Of a stretch of 64,000 nt of DNA, positions 1 through 18,124 are shown piece after piece. The position numbers and the translations under genes are program-made. Origin of the DNA: the human T2T-CHM13v2.0 reference genome, Homo sapiens; the NCBI RefSeq assembly GCF_009914755.1, contig NC_060928.1; one strand, written 5' to 3'. A model generated the notes under the pieces. It saw only the letters and a program-made list of their open reading frames with translations, was not told the origin of the DNA and ran no database searches. How positions within the stretch are numbered: position 1 is the first letter of the stretch; every line of letters starts with the position of its first letter.

Positions 1-436
1 GGTTATAATTGAAATGTTCACCTCCTCCTCCACTTCTGTCTCTTTTTTCTCATTTCATTGTACAGATTGCTACCTGTCTCTTCCAAAGTTTGTTCCACTA
101 GCAACAAGTTTTCTGCTGTTTGTTAGGTGACCTGTTAGTGTGCCTGTTAGGTGACCTTAGGCTTACTGCTATTTACTTTTTCAATATTCATGAGCCAATT
201 TATGCTTGATGCTCAGGTACAGCTTCTGGTGTTCAAGTAGCAGAAATTTCTGTTCCATCAAGATAGCAATGAGTTCATTTGTGTATTGTTTATTACCAAG
301 GAATATCTACTTTCCACTTTATCAACTGCCAGGTTTAGACCTCTGTTCCACCTCTCTCTATTGGGTTCCCAGAAAAACCCAAGGCCAAGCTCACACCAAT
401 CAGGTATCACTTGCCTGCAAACAGCTGCATCTGTTG

Positions 437-766
<330 letters not shown>

Positions 767-2094
767 TCAGATGTAACAAGAAGTATGTATTCAAATAGGT
801 GAAAGCAGCTTTCTGACAGTACCATTTTAGAACCAAGGATCTTTAGAGCACACTTTGAAAAGCAGTGTCCTCAGAAATCTAGATACACAAGATGCTGGCA
901 CCAACTCAGGAAAGGAAATGATCTGTTAAAGGGAAGGGAAACAAAACCAAGCTAAAAAATTATAAGAGCAAAAATCAAAGTTGAAAGCTGCTGACACATT
1001 TCACCATCACTGTTGAATGCTTGGTACACAGTGGCTGATTAATGCTGGGTAATTTATAATAAATTGCAAATACAAATACTGATTGCAGGCATATTTTAGT
1101 CTTTTAGTCTCTATTTTAGTCATTTATTGTCCTTTAGTAGATTCCTCTATAAAATGTGTAATTCCTAGAGTTTACATTTTATTTAAATATATAAACTTTT
1201 CTTGACTTTACCAGTCATCTTAAAGAAAAATATTTTCACAATCATTTTATTCTGTAAGAACAACAAAGAAAATTTAATCCATAAAGAGACTTGGTTTTCA
1301 AAACTACGATGCAAAGCAAAGATAAAATGCACTATATTAGCTCTAAATTTGCCTTTTCACATACATCGTTTTTCAATGTGATTTCATTATTGATTAGCTT
1401 ACCAGAAAAACATGTCCATCATACACTCTAGAGCTTTTCAAAGAACAGTGTTGGTTCACTTTTCATTCACCTATTAGTGACCTAACAAGCAAAGAGTAAA
1501 ACCTAAGGTATTTATGTATACAAATCAAACATCTCTTTAATTTAGTGCAAAGATATCTTTTCAAGGTCTGAAAAATCTACCTATCTGAACTAGTATATGC
1601 ATTCAGCTTACTAATAACCTATTTGATGACAAAAATGGTGTGAAATATTTCATTTTCCTATTTAATGATATTGGAATAATAATGTTATATTTGTATGGAT
1701 AAATTTCAGTCAGTGAATCAACATATTTTCACAAGAAATTTTTCTAAAAATATCTTTTGAACTAAATTTGCCCTATTTGATGAAAAATGTATTGAATGTC
1801 TACATTCCCTTAAATAGACCTTTTTTGAATAATTCAGTAACACTAAAAAGTCAAAGCAAATAAACTGATGAGGATTCAGAGCAACTGCTTTGTCAGGTTG
1901 TCTTGAGTGTTCAGATATAGTGTAGTCCTTTCTGTTCTTAGTACTAAATATATGTTCATTGTTTTTATTAGTTTAATAATATAACATTGAATGTATTCTT
2001 GACTGCATGCTGTTATAAACCATGTAATATGCATATCTTTCTAAACATGACAAATGTTAACAAATTACATCTTTTTTGTCCTTTTATTAAAAAG

Positions 2095-2620
2095 TCAGGT
2101 TTATTAAAATATAATTTATATACAATTAATCTTATTCTTTCAACATACTCAGTTCAGTAAGTTTTGACAAAGGTATATAATCATGTAATTGCCACCACAA
2201 TCAAGAAACATTTTCACAAATTAAGAATGCTCTCAAGTCCACCAAAGTCCAAAGCGATTTAATCACCTTACAAAGTTTTTTCCTGCTCCTTTGCAACAAA
2301 TTCCGTATCTCTATCTCTGGCCCTTGGCAACCTCTGATCTGTTTTCTGTCCCCATGATTTTGCATTTTCTGTCATTTTAAGTACAGGGGATAATGTAGTG
2401 TGTAATCTTATGTGTCTGGCTTCTCTCACTCAATGCTTTGGTGATCCTTGTTATGACATGTATTAGTGATTCATTTCCTTTAATTGCTGAGTAATACAAT
2501 AGGTATTTGAATGTCCTTGTCTGCTAATTTCATCATCTCTGTGATTCCCAAATCTCTTTTTACTTACTGATTTTTTTTTCTTCCTGGAAATGGGTCACAT
2601 ATTCCTTCTTTTGTTGCCTG
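2095..2620 (-). mobile_element. Old L1M fragments (3' UTR plus adjacent piece)
   Basis: Antisense L1MB/MC/ME 3' UTR-like motifs (CCACCACAATCAAG, CCTTGGCAACCTCTGATCTG, TGTGTCTGGCTTCTCTCACT, TTGCTGAGTAATA); boundaries approximate. Confidence 0.65.
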
Positions 2621-3438
2621 ATTACCCCATATTTCTACTTCTAAGCAATTTTTAGACCAAGGAAGTGGGATGCAAAGAGAACCTGATGGTCTCTCAGTGA
2701 GTAGAGGAGACAAATGCTAAGATGGTGGGAACTTACAGGACAGAGTAATAAGAGGAAGGAACTACAAAGAGAAAAATCTCCATTCATTTGTGGACCTTTG
2801 GAGTCTTTGGCCAAATACTAAGTTGTTCACTCCGAGGGTAGAATAGGCAGGTGAAGAACAATTTTCAGGAAAAGAAAATATCCTGGAGAGCTATAAGCCA
2901 AAAAATTCCAAGGGCTCACACAAGGCTTGGACTCATCCAAGGCTTCACAAGCCAGAATGGAGAGACCTTGCCGAATACATGGAGCTTAAAGTAGAGACCC
3001 TAAACAACAGTAATGTAATGGGGTAGCTAAATTAGCCCTAGTGTAAAGACTACAACATACATGTCCTTAAAAAGGCTTTAAAACTGGCCTTGAAAGAATG
3101 AAACGGCTGTGCCAGAACTGTAATTCCCTTCAGAGCAAAAGGCCAATAGTGTCTATCTAAGTAAATACAATGCATTGTACATATGGACAACATTTACGAT
3201 GTCTAAGATCCAATCGGAAACAAATTACATCTTATAGACTGTTAAATAGTTCATCATTAGGAAAAAATGCACCTTCTACATTTACCACGCATGAAAAAAG
3301 CAAGCATGCAAAACGGCATCAAAATCAATTTCACATAATATTAAATCTTAAAATATGGGTCATAAATTCAATGATGTAAAAATAAGTTATCCACAACAGG
3401 CATTGTATTTTAACTTTTTTCTCAAAAAATTAAATAAA

Positions 3439-3789
<351 letters not shown>

Positions 3790-5079
3790 TTAAAACCAAT
3801 GAAACACATAATTTAATTGATGATGCTAAATATATTGTGCTTTTAGGACAGCATAATTGATATCTACTATAATTATAGTAAGTAAAATCAAAGTGCAGAA
3901 TTTGGCATCATTTTGAGCTGATACCAGCTATCTTGTCAATATTGCCATTTTGATATATCCTGATGGTACATTTATCTTATTACTTATTTTTATTAGCAAT
4001 ATTAATAATTGACTGGTCAGTTACAATAATAATTTAGTGCTGATAAAGGTCATCATAAGAAACGATGCTATTTAAATAACTAAGGTAATATATTTTTTAA
4101 ATGTTTTTCACATGCTTAAAGGACATGTAAGTTTAGTGAGTAAAACTTGACAAAAGAAAAATCTCACAAAATGAAATACAATTTCAACATATTTGAAACA
4201 AGGTAGTTTACAAGCAAAAAAGTTCTACCTTTGGATAAGGAGGATAAGTTAGGTACAATTCAGCTAGCGGATATGAGGCACCAAATAATAATAGAATTGT
4301 CATTGATTGGGGTATGAATGAATTGCAAGATAGTCTCAGCCACCATATAATTTAATCAAATGTGATCCATTATAGTACATATTTTACAGTGCAACTTAAA
4401 AACCATTGAGAGGAAATATGGTTTTCAATAATGTAGCAAGTGAAAATATGTTTTGAATTGAGGTATATAAGCAGAACAAAATATCACTTTTATGGATGAA
4501 CTGATAAGTTCGAAATTAAGATTTTAAGTATGAATTTGTGGGGTGATCATATTAAAGAAATTGAGGGATTCTACATTCTTGACCTTCACTATTTATTGAG
4601 GTACTGCTACAAATAATGTAAGGAATGAAAGCACAGTATGGGCTCTAACAAAGCTGAGAGCCTGTGAATAGAAAAACAGATAATCAATAGGAAAGTGACC
4701 TATGCAAGTTATAGCTAGTTTTTAAATGAAACTGTAGAGTCAGAATATCCTCCCAAATTGAGTAACTTAATTTTAGTGATTAATTTTAATTTGTAATTAA
4801 ATTAAGTAATTAATTACTTAATTTTGTATTAGAGATTGCCAAATGAAGAACGGAGTTTTGTTCCAGGCTGTGTGCAGAACACAACTATCTAGGAACTATT
4901 TAACTCATAACTTGCAATTCAAGAATTTGCAAAAAAAAAAAAAAGAAAATCTCGGTGAAGAAACTGTAGTGTATGTCTTTGTAGGTCAAGCTGATGAACA
5001 CACACACGTAGCATTGATACTTGTTGGACTTAGCTGATTTGAAATGAGGACATGTCTAAATAAACTTTGGTTTCTGAGG

Positions 5080-5435
5080 TATTTGAGAAATGTATATCTA
5101 ACAGAGAACTTATCCATGATATGTAACAAATACCTGTAACTGTGTGTTGAGAACAGAAAATATATTTTTAAAAGGGCAAATGATTTAAAGAGAAACGTCA
5201 TAGAAAAGTTATACATCTGACCACAAAACACATGAAAAAAGACTCAACATCAGTGAAATATCAGTTAAAATTAAAATAAGATACCACTAGACCTTACGTG
5301 AATAGCAAACACAAAACAAAAACAGACTCAAAACACCAAGTGTTGTAGTTGAGGTGCAGGAACCAGAACACTCATACATTGTTGATGGGAGTATTAAATG
5401 TTAGAACCACTTTGAAACTAATTCTGGCAGTTAAA
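5080..5435 (+). mobile_element. Old L1M ORF2 3' fragment
   Basis: AAAGGGCAAATGATTT...CACATGAAAAAAGACTCAACATC...CTCATACATTGTTGATGGGAG matches the end of L1 ORF2. Confidence 0.7.
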
Positions 5436-5849
5436 AAACTAGTGTACTTTCTTACCCTTTCAGATACAAACTTTCTTTTTATTGCTGCCTTTCAGCAATT
5501 CAATCATGATGCATCTTGGCATGCTTTTATGTTGTTTTTTTTCCTGCTGGAATAAATACACCCATCAAGTGCCTTTTATCTGTAGGTATGCCATTTTTAT
5601 CAAATTTAGAAAATACCCAGGCATTTTTGCCCTCAAATATATATTTTTCTATTCTTACCTTTCTTTCCCTTCCTCTGTGCAGATTAGTTAGTATTTCCCA
5701 TATGTTGCTGAGGTTGAGTTTACTTTTTCAGTTCCTCTTTCTATTTTTATTTTCTATGATTCACCACAAGTGGTTTCAACTACTAGGTTTTCATATTTGC
5801 TCATATTCATTCTGCAGGGCCTAATACACTGTTAATCCTCTCTAGGAAA

Positions 5850-6316
5850 TTGCTCTGGCTAGGAATTCAAGTACTGCGTTTAATAGAGGTGGCCAGGTGA
5901 GCATCCTTGCCTTGGTGAAAAAGCTTTCAGTTTTTCACCACTGAGTATGATGTTATACATGAACTTCATTATGTTGAGGTAACTTCCTTCTATACCTAAA
6001 TTGTTGAAAGTCTTTTTTTTTATCATATATTGAATTTTGTCAAATGCTTTTTCTAAGTCTGTTAAGTTGATCATGTGGCTATATCCTTCATTTTGTTAAT
6101 GTCATGTACCACATTAATTGCTTTTCCATGTTGAACGACTCTTTCATCCCAGGAATAAATCCGACTTAATCATAGTGTTTGATCCTTCCAATGCACTGTT
6201 GAATTCAGTTTGCTAGCATTTTGCTGAAGATTTTTGCATCTATTTTCATCAGGGATTGTAGCCTATAGTTTTATTTTCTTGTGGTGTCTATATCTGGCTT
6301 TGCTATCTAAGTAATG
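5850..6316 (-). mobile_element. L1MA/MB ORF2 (RT region) fragment
   Basis: ORF 5880..6074(-) reads DLEKAFDKIQ...LGIEGSYLNI...GEKLKAF..RQGC, i.e. L1 reverse transcriptase. Confidence 0.9.
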
Positions 6317-6499
6317 TAATCTTCCCAACCTATGGTATTTTGTTATGGAAGTCCTAGAAAACGAATTAACTAAAAATACTGATAACTTGGTAATCCCTCC
6401 TGTTAATTTATATGATGCTGTCAGTTGATGATTATGAGTGCAGGTTTTGCACAGAAAAAAATAAATTGATCACGTATCTATAAATTTCTATTTTTATTT

Positions 6500-10630
<4,131 letters not shown>

Positions 10631-11208
10631 GGAAATAAATCACCTTTATTTTGAGGCTGAGAATATTATATTAATAATTTTCTGATTCAAGTTTTGTGTT
10701 ACATCCTAGAGACCTGCAACTAAGTTGTGATGTGTAGTGATCTCCATGTGTAATGAATAGCAAAATCATATTTCTAGGTCTATTGTTCTTAATCATGAGT
10801 GTATATATTAGCTGGAAAATATTTTTTAATGTCTACGATATTTGGGTCTTACACCAGGATATTATTATTTTACTTTTTGGTGTGCTTCCCAGGTGATTAC
10901 AATGTGCTGTAATAATTGGTAATAAAAACAATTCATGCGTCTAATATTGATGATAATTACTTTTGAAGCTATTTACCAAAGCAATGGTTTTAGACCTGGC
11001 ACTTTTGATACTTATTTTTTTACAACATAATGCTTCATTAAACAGTATAAATGCTTTTCTTAAATTCTGAATATCAATGTAACTTACGTTTGTCAAAGGA
11101 AATGTAGAACACTCTCAAAAATATAAAAATGTAAGTTTCTATAAGTCCATTATCTCCTAATTATTATCACTGCTCTGATTTTTTATTTTGTACATGCATT
11201 ATTCTCCA

Positions 11209-11242
11209 TATATATATATGTAGAGAGAGAGAGAGAGAGAGA
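11209..11242. repeat. (TA)n-(GA)n microsatellite
   Basis: tatatatatatgtagagagagagagagagagaga seen directly. Confidence 0.9.
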
Positions 11243-11612
11243 ATCATAGCCTATCTATATAGATAAATGGGCTATGATTATAGAGTAGTACATATAGTAA
11301 TTCATAAATCAGAAAATGCAATGGATCTGAGATTTCACCATGCTTACCTAGCACAGTATATCTATAAACAGCAACAACTCTGTATCAGAAAATAGACCTT
11401 TTATTATTCAAAACAGCGGCTAGACTAGCATCTTATGTTGCTTCCCCATATCCCAATTCTCCACAGAATTATGTGATGAGGCCAGATTTTCATCTGCACA
11501 AGAACCACAAAATTATGAGACTGGAGTTTATCTAGGATGAATGACATATTTGCTTCTCCTTTCATCTGAGTAAAGAAAGCTTCTACAAGCTTAAAATTTC
11601 ACTAAATGGTTT

Positions 11613-12143
11613 TGAGGTAGGAGATCATTGGCCAGACTTGTTTTCCAAGCACCAGTCATGACCCGTGTTGCCTCCCCACTGCTTGGAGCAGGATCTGGTC
11701 AATATATGGTCCATTGAAGAAGCCGGGCAAAACCAGTAGATGGCAAGGAAAGAATTCTCTAGTTGCCCTCCCTGGTCATTAACATAAAGACACTCCTACT
11801 GCCACCATTACAGTTTGGAAATGTCATGGCAGTACTCCATGTGAATGACCCAAAAGTTACTTTATATGTTTTTGAAAACTCACCAGCACTTTATAGAAAG
11901 TTATTATTTGCATGTAATTAAAAATGAGTGTAAATATAGCTGCTCAGCAGCCCATATGCTACTCGTGTGGCCACACAGCCTATGGGTTAACCCTGCTCAA
12001 CAAGAAGCAGTACCTCTGCATACACTATCACTTCAATAAAGTTGATTTCTTTCACCACCAGTTTTCTCTTAAATTTTTTCCTAGACAAAGTCAAGAACCC
12101 TTCCGGGCTATGCCCCATTCTGGGGCTCACCTTCTCTGCATCA
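11613..12143 (+). mobile_element. Solo ERV1 LTR, MER66-like
   Basis: TG...CA termini (TGAGGTAGGAGATC...CTCTGCATCA), AATAAA near 12035, 4-bp TSD GTTT at 11609-11612 and 12144-12147; family name from recalled consensus. Confidence 0.8.
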
Positions 12144-12572
12144 GTTTTGAAGGAGAGAGGAAAGAGGAAACGCACTTCTCTATTTTTAGTAGCACTTGTC
12201 AATACTTTTTGCTCATAAAGCCTGGACCATGCAGAAATATTAAGAAATCTAGGGAAAATTGTTTCACCAACAGTATTTATTTTTCAAAATTGCTTCAGTG
12301 TGGTACAAAACTATTCAAATAAAGACAACTTTTCATTTAAATACTTGCACTTTGAATATATATACCCTTTTATTTAAAAATCTTCATTTTTTGGTGTCTT
12401 AGATTTTAAAATTTGTTTTAGTTTCAGGAGAAAAGACTAGATGAAACATCTTTGTAAATAAAACTCAGTAAACTTTGACTGTTTAGGTTCAGTGCTAGAA
12501 GTAGAAGTACCTGACCAAAGTTAATTAACTCTTCATAGACTATTGACTTATAGAAAAGTTATAACTAGTTCA

Positions 12573-12880
12573 GGCTGGGCATGGTGGCTCATGGCTATAC
12601 TCTCAGCACTCTGGGAGGTTGAGGTGGGTGGATTGCTTGAGCCCAGGAGTTCAAGATCACCCTGGGCAACATGGTGAAACCCCATCTCTACAAAAGAAAG
12701 AAAAAAAGAAACCCACAAAAATTAGCTAGATGTAGAAGCGAATGCCTGTAGTCTCAGCTACTCAAGAGTCTGAGGTGAGAAAATCACCTGAGCCTGAGAC
12801 ATTGAGGCTGCAGTAATCTGTGACTGCACCAGTACACTCCAGCCAGGGTAGCAGAGTGAGACTCTGTCTCAGAAAAAAAA
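12573..12880 (+). mobile_element. AluJ SINE
   Basis: GGCTGGGCATGGTGGCTCA...GATTGCTTGAGCCCAGGAGTTCAAG...A tail. Confidence 0.9.
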
Positions 12881-13634
12881 TATAAGGAAATACTCAGATA
12901 TGCACATATTGTTTTTATTGCTAGATTAATTCTATGTGCTGACCTCAAAACTTTAGAGACTTTTTTGTAATAGCTCATTATATTAGTTTAACTAATCAAA
13001 TCACTGTACATGTATAACACCATATATTTAAGACAGAAAAAAACACCACATTAGTTTAACATTTCTCACAGAATATTATGGTAGACAAACATTTAAGTAT
13101 GCTATGGGTATTGAGATTTTTCTCCATTACCAAACATACAATCAAGTGGGAAAAACAGATAAGTAAAAGAGATGTATCATATCTAAACATTTAATAAGGG
13201 AGAGAAGTAAAGAGAGTGAATACGAAGGCCACGGAATAGAGGCATAAATAAGAGGAATTTTTTCCTGGAGGGCATACTGGGAAGCCCATACCTAAAAAAA
13301 ATTGGTAAAACTTTGAAGGGGTTGGTGATATAAAAGAAGCAGCAAAGATCCTCAGACAAGAGAACATAGCATGCTAAGGAGTATAATTCCGTCTAGCTAG
13401 AGCACAAAAATTTTAGCTTGTATATGGAGAATTATGACACCATAAGTATCATATTATGAAGCAAAGGAGTAACATGAATAGCTCAGTTCCTTAGAAAGAG
13501 TACAGAGCTAAAATATGCAGAGTCAAATTTGGTTTCCGATGGGAGTAATCTTAGAGACTGCAAGCAGTGATAAAATTACTACATAAATACAGGTGACAGA
13601 TTATGATCTGCCTAATAGTTATCTTACTGTATTT

Positions 13635-13756
13635 TATCTCTAGTGACAGGGTCTCACTCTGTCACCGATGCTGGAGTACAGTTGCAAAAGATCATCGCTC
13701 ACTGTAGCCTTGACCTCCTGGGCACAAGCCATGCTCTACCGGAGCCACTGCCCCTA
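13635..13756 (-). mobile_element. Alu monomer fragment (FLAM/FRAM/AluJ-like) with internal deletion
   Basis: GACAGGGTCTCACTCTGTCACC...GCTCACTGTAGCCTTGACCTCCTGGG. Confidence 0.75.
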
Positions 13757-14111
13757 GTTATGGTTCCTGTGTAAGTAATGACTTATTGCTTTATTTCTTT
13801 TCATAGATATATTCATTAAATAATCAGTTCCTAACCTATTCCAATAACTCACTTCTCATTTTCTTTCTCATATCTGCCTATTACACCTAAGACTTTCATT
13901 GAAAGTCCAATGCTTACCATTCATTGATAGTCTTATTTGACCATTCAGTGGTATTTTCAAAAGCAACCACAATGTGTTTCTTAAATTTATTCCCTAATTT
14001 TCATTACCCTACAGTGGATGTTTCCTGGTTCCTCCCTTAACTGACCTATAAATAGTAGTATCCTTCATGTCTTTATCCTAAGACTTCATTTTATCTACCC
14101 TCTAGTCTATC

Positions 14112-16510
14112 CAGAGGTGGATTAAAAGAGAAATGAATGAAATCTAAACTTCAGGGACCTTCATTTAACTCCTTTAAAAGCACTGGGAGGAGCCATTGCA
14201 ATATGTGACCATGTCTCTTGGCTTTAGTAAAATGTATTGAAGGTATTTATTATAAAACAATAAGAACCACATACATTTTCCTTTACAGCTATGCCTTATT
14301 CACTTTCCACTTTGCGTCTGAAGAAGATGGAATACCTGTGGGTATTTTAGGGACCCAACTAGGGGAAGATACATTAGACATATATTAAATTTGAGTTTAA
14401 GTGGATTTTTATGTAGTTCTCAGTCACTTCTGTATATAATTCAGTTAGTGTTTGTTGAGCAGACATAGGAGTGGCTTCCAGAAATATTTCTACCACTTTC
14501 TATGCTGATTTACTAATTCTGTGACACAAAAAGATAAGGACAAGTGTTATATTCCATTGTGAACTTGATTTTCTCAAATTCAACCCAATCAAAATATTTA
14601 CAAAGCATTACTAATAAGTTATAAAACAAAAAAGAAACACTTCACAATTATCAATAAATCAAACATCAATCATTTATGTGGGAAAAAACACACATATGCT
14701 ATTTTTTTCTTTTGAATATAACACCGAAATCATTCTTAATTGAGGTGATCCAAGAATAAGACCAAAAAATGTATGATAATGGGATTATGGAGGTTTGGTG
14801 TTAGGCTATATAAATGAATAAATACATTGTTCCTCAGGATTTTGCAAGATAGATATTTGTCATATTTTATTAACTTTTTAAACTTTATTGAGGTATAACT
14901 GATATACCCAAATTGCCCATATTTAACGTATACATTTTGGTGAGCTTGGTCATATGCATACACCCATTATTCTCCCATCACTATCAAGGTACAAAATATA
15001 TCCATCACCTTCAAATATTTTCTTATGTTCTTTTGTGTTTTGTTTGTTTGTTGTACCAGGAATACTTAACATGAGATGGCTCCACAACATACGCTAAAGT
15101 ACACAATACTATATTTTTAACTATAGATCTAGAGTTAAGATAGATCTGTAGTCTGAAATGTCTCTTCTGATTTGTTGCCTAATTTTTCATAAAACTATTT
15201 GGCTTTTGTTGTTGTTTGAGGCTTTTTGAATTCTAGTAATACTTTATAGACACTAAGTTTCAATTTTATGTAATTTTTATGTGTCACAAAATAATCTTTT
15301 TTGATACATAATATTTTTACATACTCACGGCACATGTAATATTTTGATACATGTGTAGAAGGAGTAATGATCAAGTCAGGATATTAGGATAAAATCACCT
15401 CAAGTATTTATTATTTCTTTGTGTTGGAAACATTTCAAATTCTCTCTCCTAGATATTTTGAAATATACAGCATATTGTTGTTAACTATAGTCATCCCAAT
15501 GTACTACTGAAAAATAGAAATTATTTCTTCTATCTAATGGTATATTTTTACCCATTTGCCTCTTTTTTCTTTCCTTCTGCCCAATACACACCCTTCCGGG
15601 CCTCTGATAACTATCTTTTTACTCTCCAACTACGTGAGATCCAATTGTTAGTTCCTATGTGTTAGTGAGAATATGTGACATTTGTCTCTCTGGGCCAGGC
15701 TTATTTCCCTTAACATAATATCTTTCAGTTTCATCTATATCACTGCAAATGACAACATTTTCTTCTTGTTTATAGCTGAATACTATTCCCTTGTGTATAT
15801 ATACCACATTTTTCTTGTCCACTTATCTACTGATGGGCATTTAGACTGATTCCATATATGTGCTATTGTGAATAGTGCTGCAATAAACATGGAACTGTAA
15901 GGCCCATGTTTTGTTATACTGATCTACTTTCCTTTGATAAATACTAAGTAGTGGAATTGCTGGATTATGTGATAGTTCTATTTTTAGGTTTTTGAGAAAA
16001 TTGTATGCTGATTTCATCTCTTGCAATTTTAATGAATTTGTTTATTAGTTTATTAGTCTTATATATAATGAGTATATATAAGATATATATATCTTATATA
16101 TAAAAACTTATAGGAGTTTTTATATATAAGATCATGTCATCTGCAAAAGAGACAGTTTAACTCCCTCATTTCTAATTTGGATGTCCTTTATCCCTCGCAT
16201 GCAAGAATGATTCAACATATGCAAATCAATAAATGTGATATATCACATTAATCACATAAGTAGAATGGTCATTTCAGTAGATATAGGAAAAGCATTTAAC
16301 ATGATTTAACAACCTTTTATAATAAAGATGCTCAACAAATTAGGTATAAAAGGAATGTACCACAACATAATAAAGGTCTTTCCCATACTTAAAAATATTA
16401 TTGCAATTTCTAGTTCCATGTAAATATTTACTCTTATACTTTATTTTGTTTGTTCATTTTGTTTTAAATTCTCAACACAAATCAGGTAAGCTTCAGGCTT
16501 GAGAGGTAGA
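14112..16510 (+). mobile_element. hAT-Tip100 DNA transposon (Zaphod/MER115-like), interrupted by L1 insertions and flanked by L2 remnants
   Basis: Starts CAGAGGTGGATT...AAACTTCAGGGACC; internal GTAGTTCTCAGTCACTTCTGTATATA and GGAGTGGCTTCCAGAAATA; terminal-like TAAGCTTCAGGC near 16487; name from recalled consensus. Confidence 0.6.
14872..16380 (-). mobile_element. L1MA 3' ends (two subfamilies) plus RT piece with an inverted segment at about 16190-16380
   Basis: TTTATTGAGGTATAACTGA 3' end at about 14883; second L1MA 3' UTR at about 15295-16015; antisense IKDIQI...LFADDMIL up to 16190, then sense MQE.FNICKSINVI...NIIKV. Confidence 0.8.
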
Positions 16511-18124
16511 GGCAGTCATAAAAGACTTCTTCTCCATGACCTCCACCACTCTCATGGCTTTAGAAACCATCTGCAAAATAATGCCACTCAAAAATGTTCA
16601 TGATTGCAAATCTATTTTCCTGAGTGATAGGCCACTATATTCAATCTTCTTTCTGACATTCTGAGTTGAATTGATATTATTTATCGAATATATAATACGT
16701 CCTTTGCTAATATTTCTCATATTTTTAAATGGAAGAGATATTCATTCTCTTCACCAGTTTAAACAACCTTAACAATGACTAATTTCAAACATTGATGTTA
16801 TTTGAAATAATATCATTTTTACAAAGGCACATTTTAAATTCCTTACTACAAATCCTTGTTAGTTGAATCCTAAGTTCCTATTAATTTTCAACATAGAGGA
16901 GAAGAATGTTCATAGAGATTAACCACTATGTTTTCACACATACATAATGCATTCTTACCAACTTTTATTGACATGCTAATATGATAACACCCAGTGCAAG
17001 GTGCCAATTTAAATTAATAAGTGGCTATAATATATTTTAATATTTCTCTATAGTAATTTTAGTATAAGTGAGATTGACAGAAAAAATACATTTAATTAGA
17101 AGAATATGTCTCTATTGTAGGATTGTTTGGAGTTTTATCTGTGAAAAAAATCCTCTCTAGAAAGCAGCTGTCCTAAAAAATGTTCTATTGCAATAAAGTT
17201 AGTCATTTTCAGTGTCTCTTTTTCTGCAAGATAACCTCAGGAATTGAGATAATGTGAATAAGTTAAACTTTAATCAGTTGAGGAAACATCATTCTAAAGA
17301 TGTTTAAATTTTCTCCCTTTCCTAAACTTATATAGTCTTATCTTACACTACTAAATATGTTTTTGTCCAAAGTTTATAAAAAGTCCAAAATTAAGAGATG
17401 ACGGTTAAAAAAGATACAGCCAGAAGACTCTCTTGATATTTTAAACTTATCTTCCTAAGTAAGGAACATATATTAGTTTTCTACTGTGGCTGTAAGAAAG
17501 TAGCAAAATCTGGGTGGTTTCCAACAATGAAAAATTGATAACTATACACTTAAACATGTTTAAAATGGTAAATTTTATGTTAAGCATATTTAACCACAAA
17601 AAAATTATTAGCAGCAAATAGAATAAGATGAACTCTATGTACTCCCTTCCCCACACCAAAATAACTTTGTAGCTTTCTCAAAAAAGCTTTTTTAAGGAAA
17701 AATATATAGAGATATTTGTTCAAGGGAGATAAAGTTACAGACATGGTGCTAAAATAATTTTTAAATATTAGCAACAAATGAACAAAAAGTCATCTTTGTT
17801 TAAAATAGTAAAATGATAGTATGAAAATTCTTTTACTCAGGAACGACTGATGATATGTAATCATATTAAAATAAGAATTCATATATTATTTTAAATTCAT
17901 CTATTCAACATCTGTTGTCCATAAAATTTTTACATTTTATTCACATGCACAATTTTGTCAAGTTTCTGTCAGATATTTCTCAATAAAATTATAATTGAGA
18001 TTTTAATTACAACACAATTAATACTTATGATGAAATAAACGTACTTATAGAAATGCAGATCACACGGCTTAAAAAGTTAAAAAAAAAAAAGCCTGTGTTG
18101 GCAGTTTTGCTGTATTTCTATTTT

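Noticed and set aside
6290-6375. L1 fragments at about 6316 and 26465 end at nearly the same ORF2 position and each abuts a MaLR piece
   Set aside because: The two L1s are quite diverged from each other and the MaLR pieces are different ends in different orientations; treated as coincidence
10780-10925. Possible MER5-type DNA transposon remnant (CTTCCCAGGTGATTACAATGTGC)
   Set aside because: Only one short motif recognisable; insufficient without a profile search
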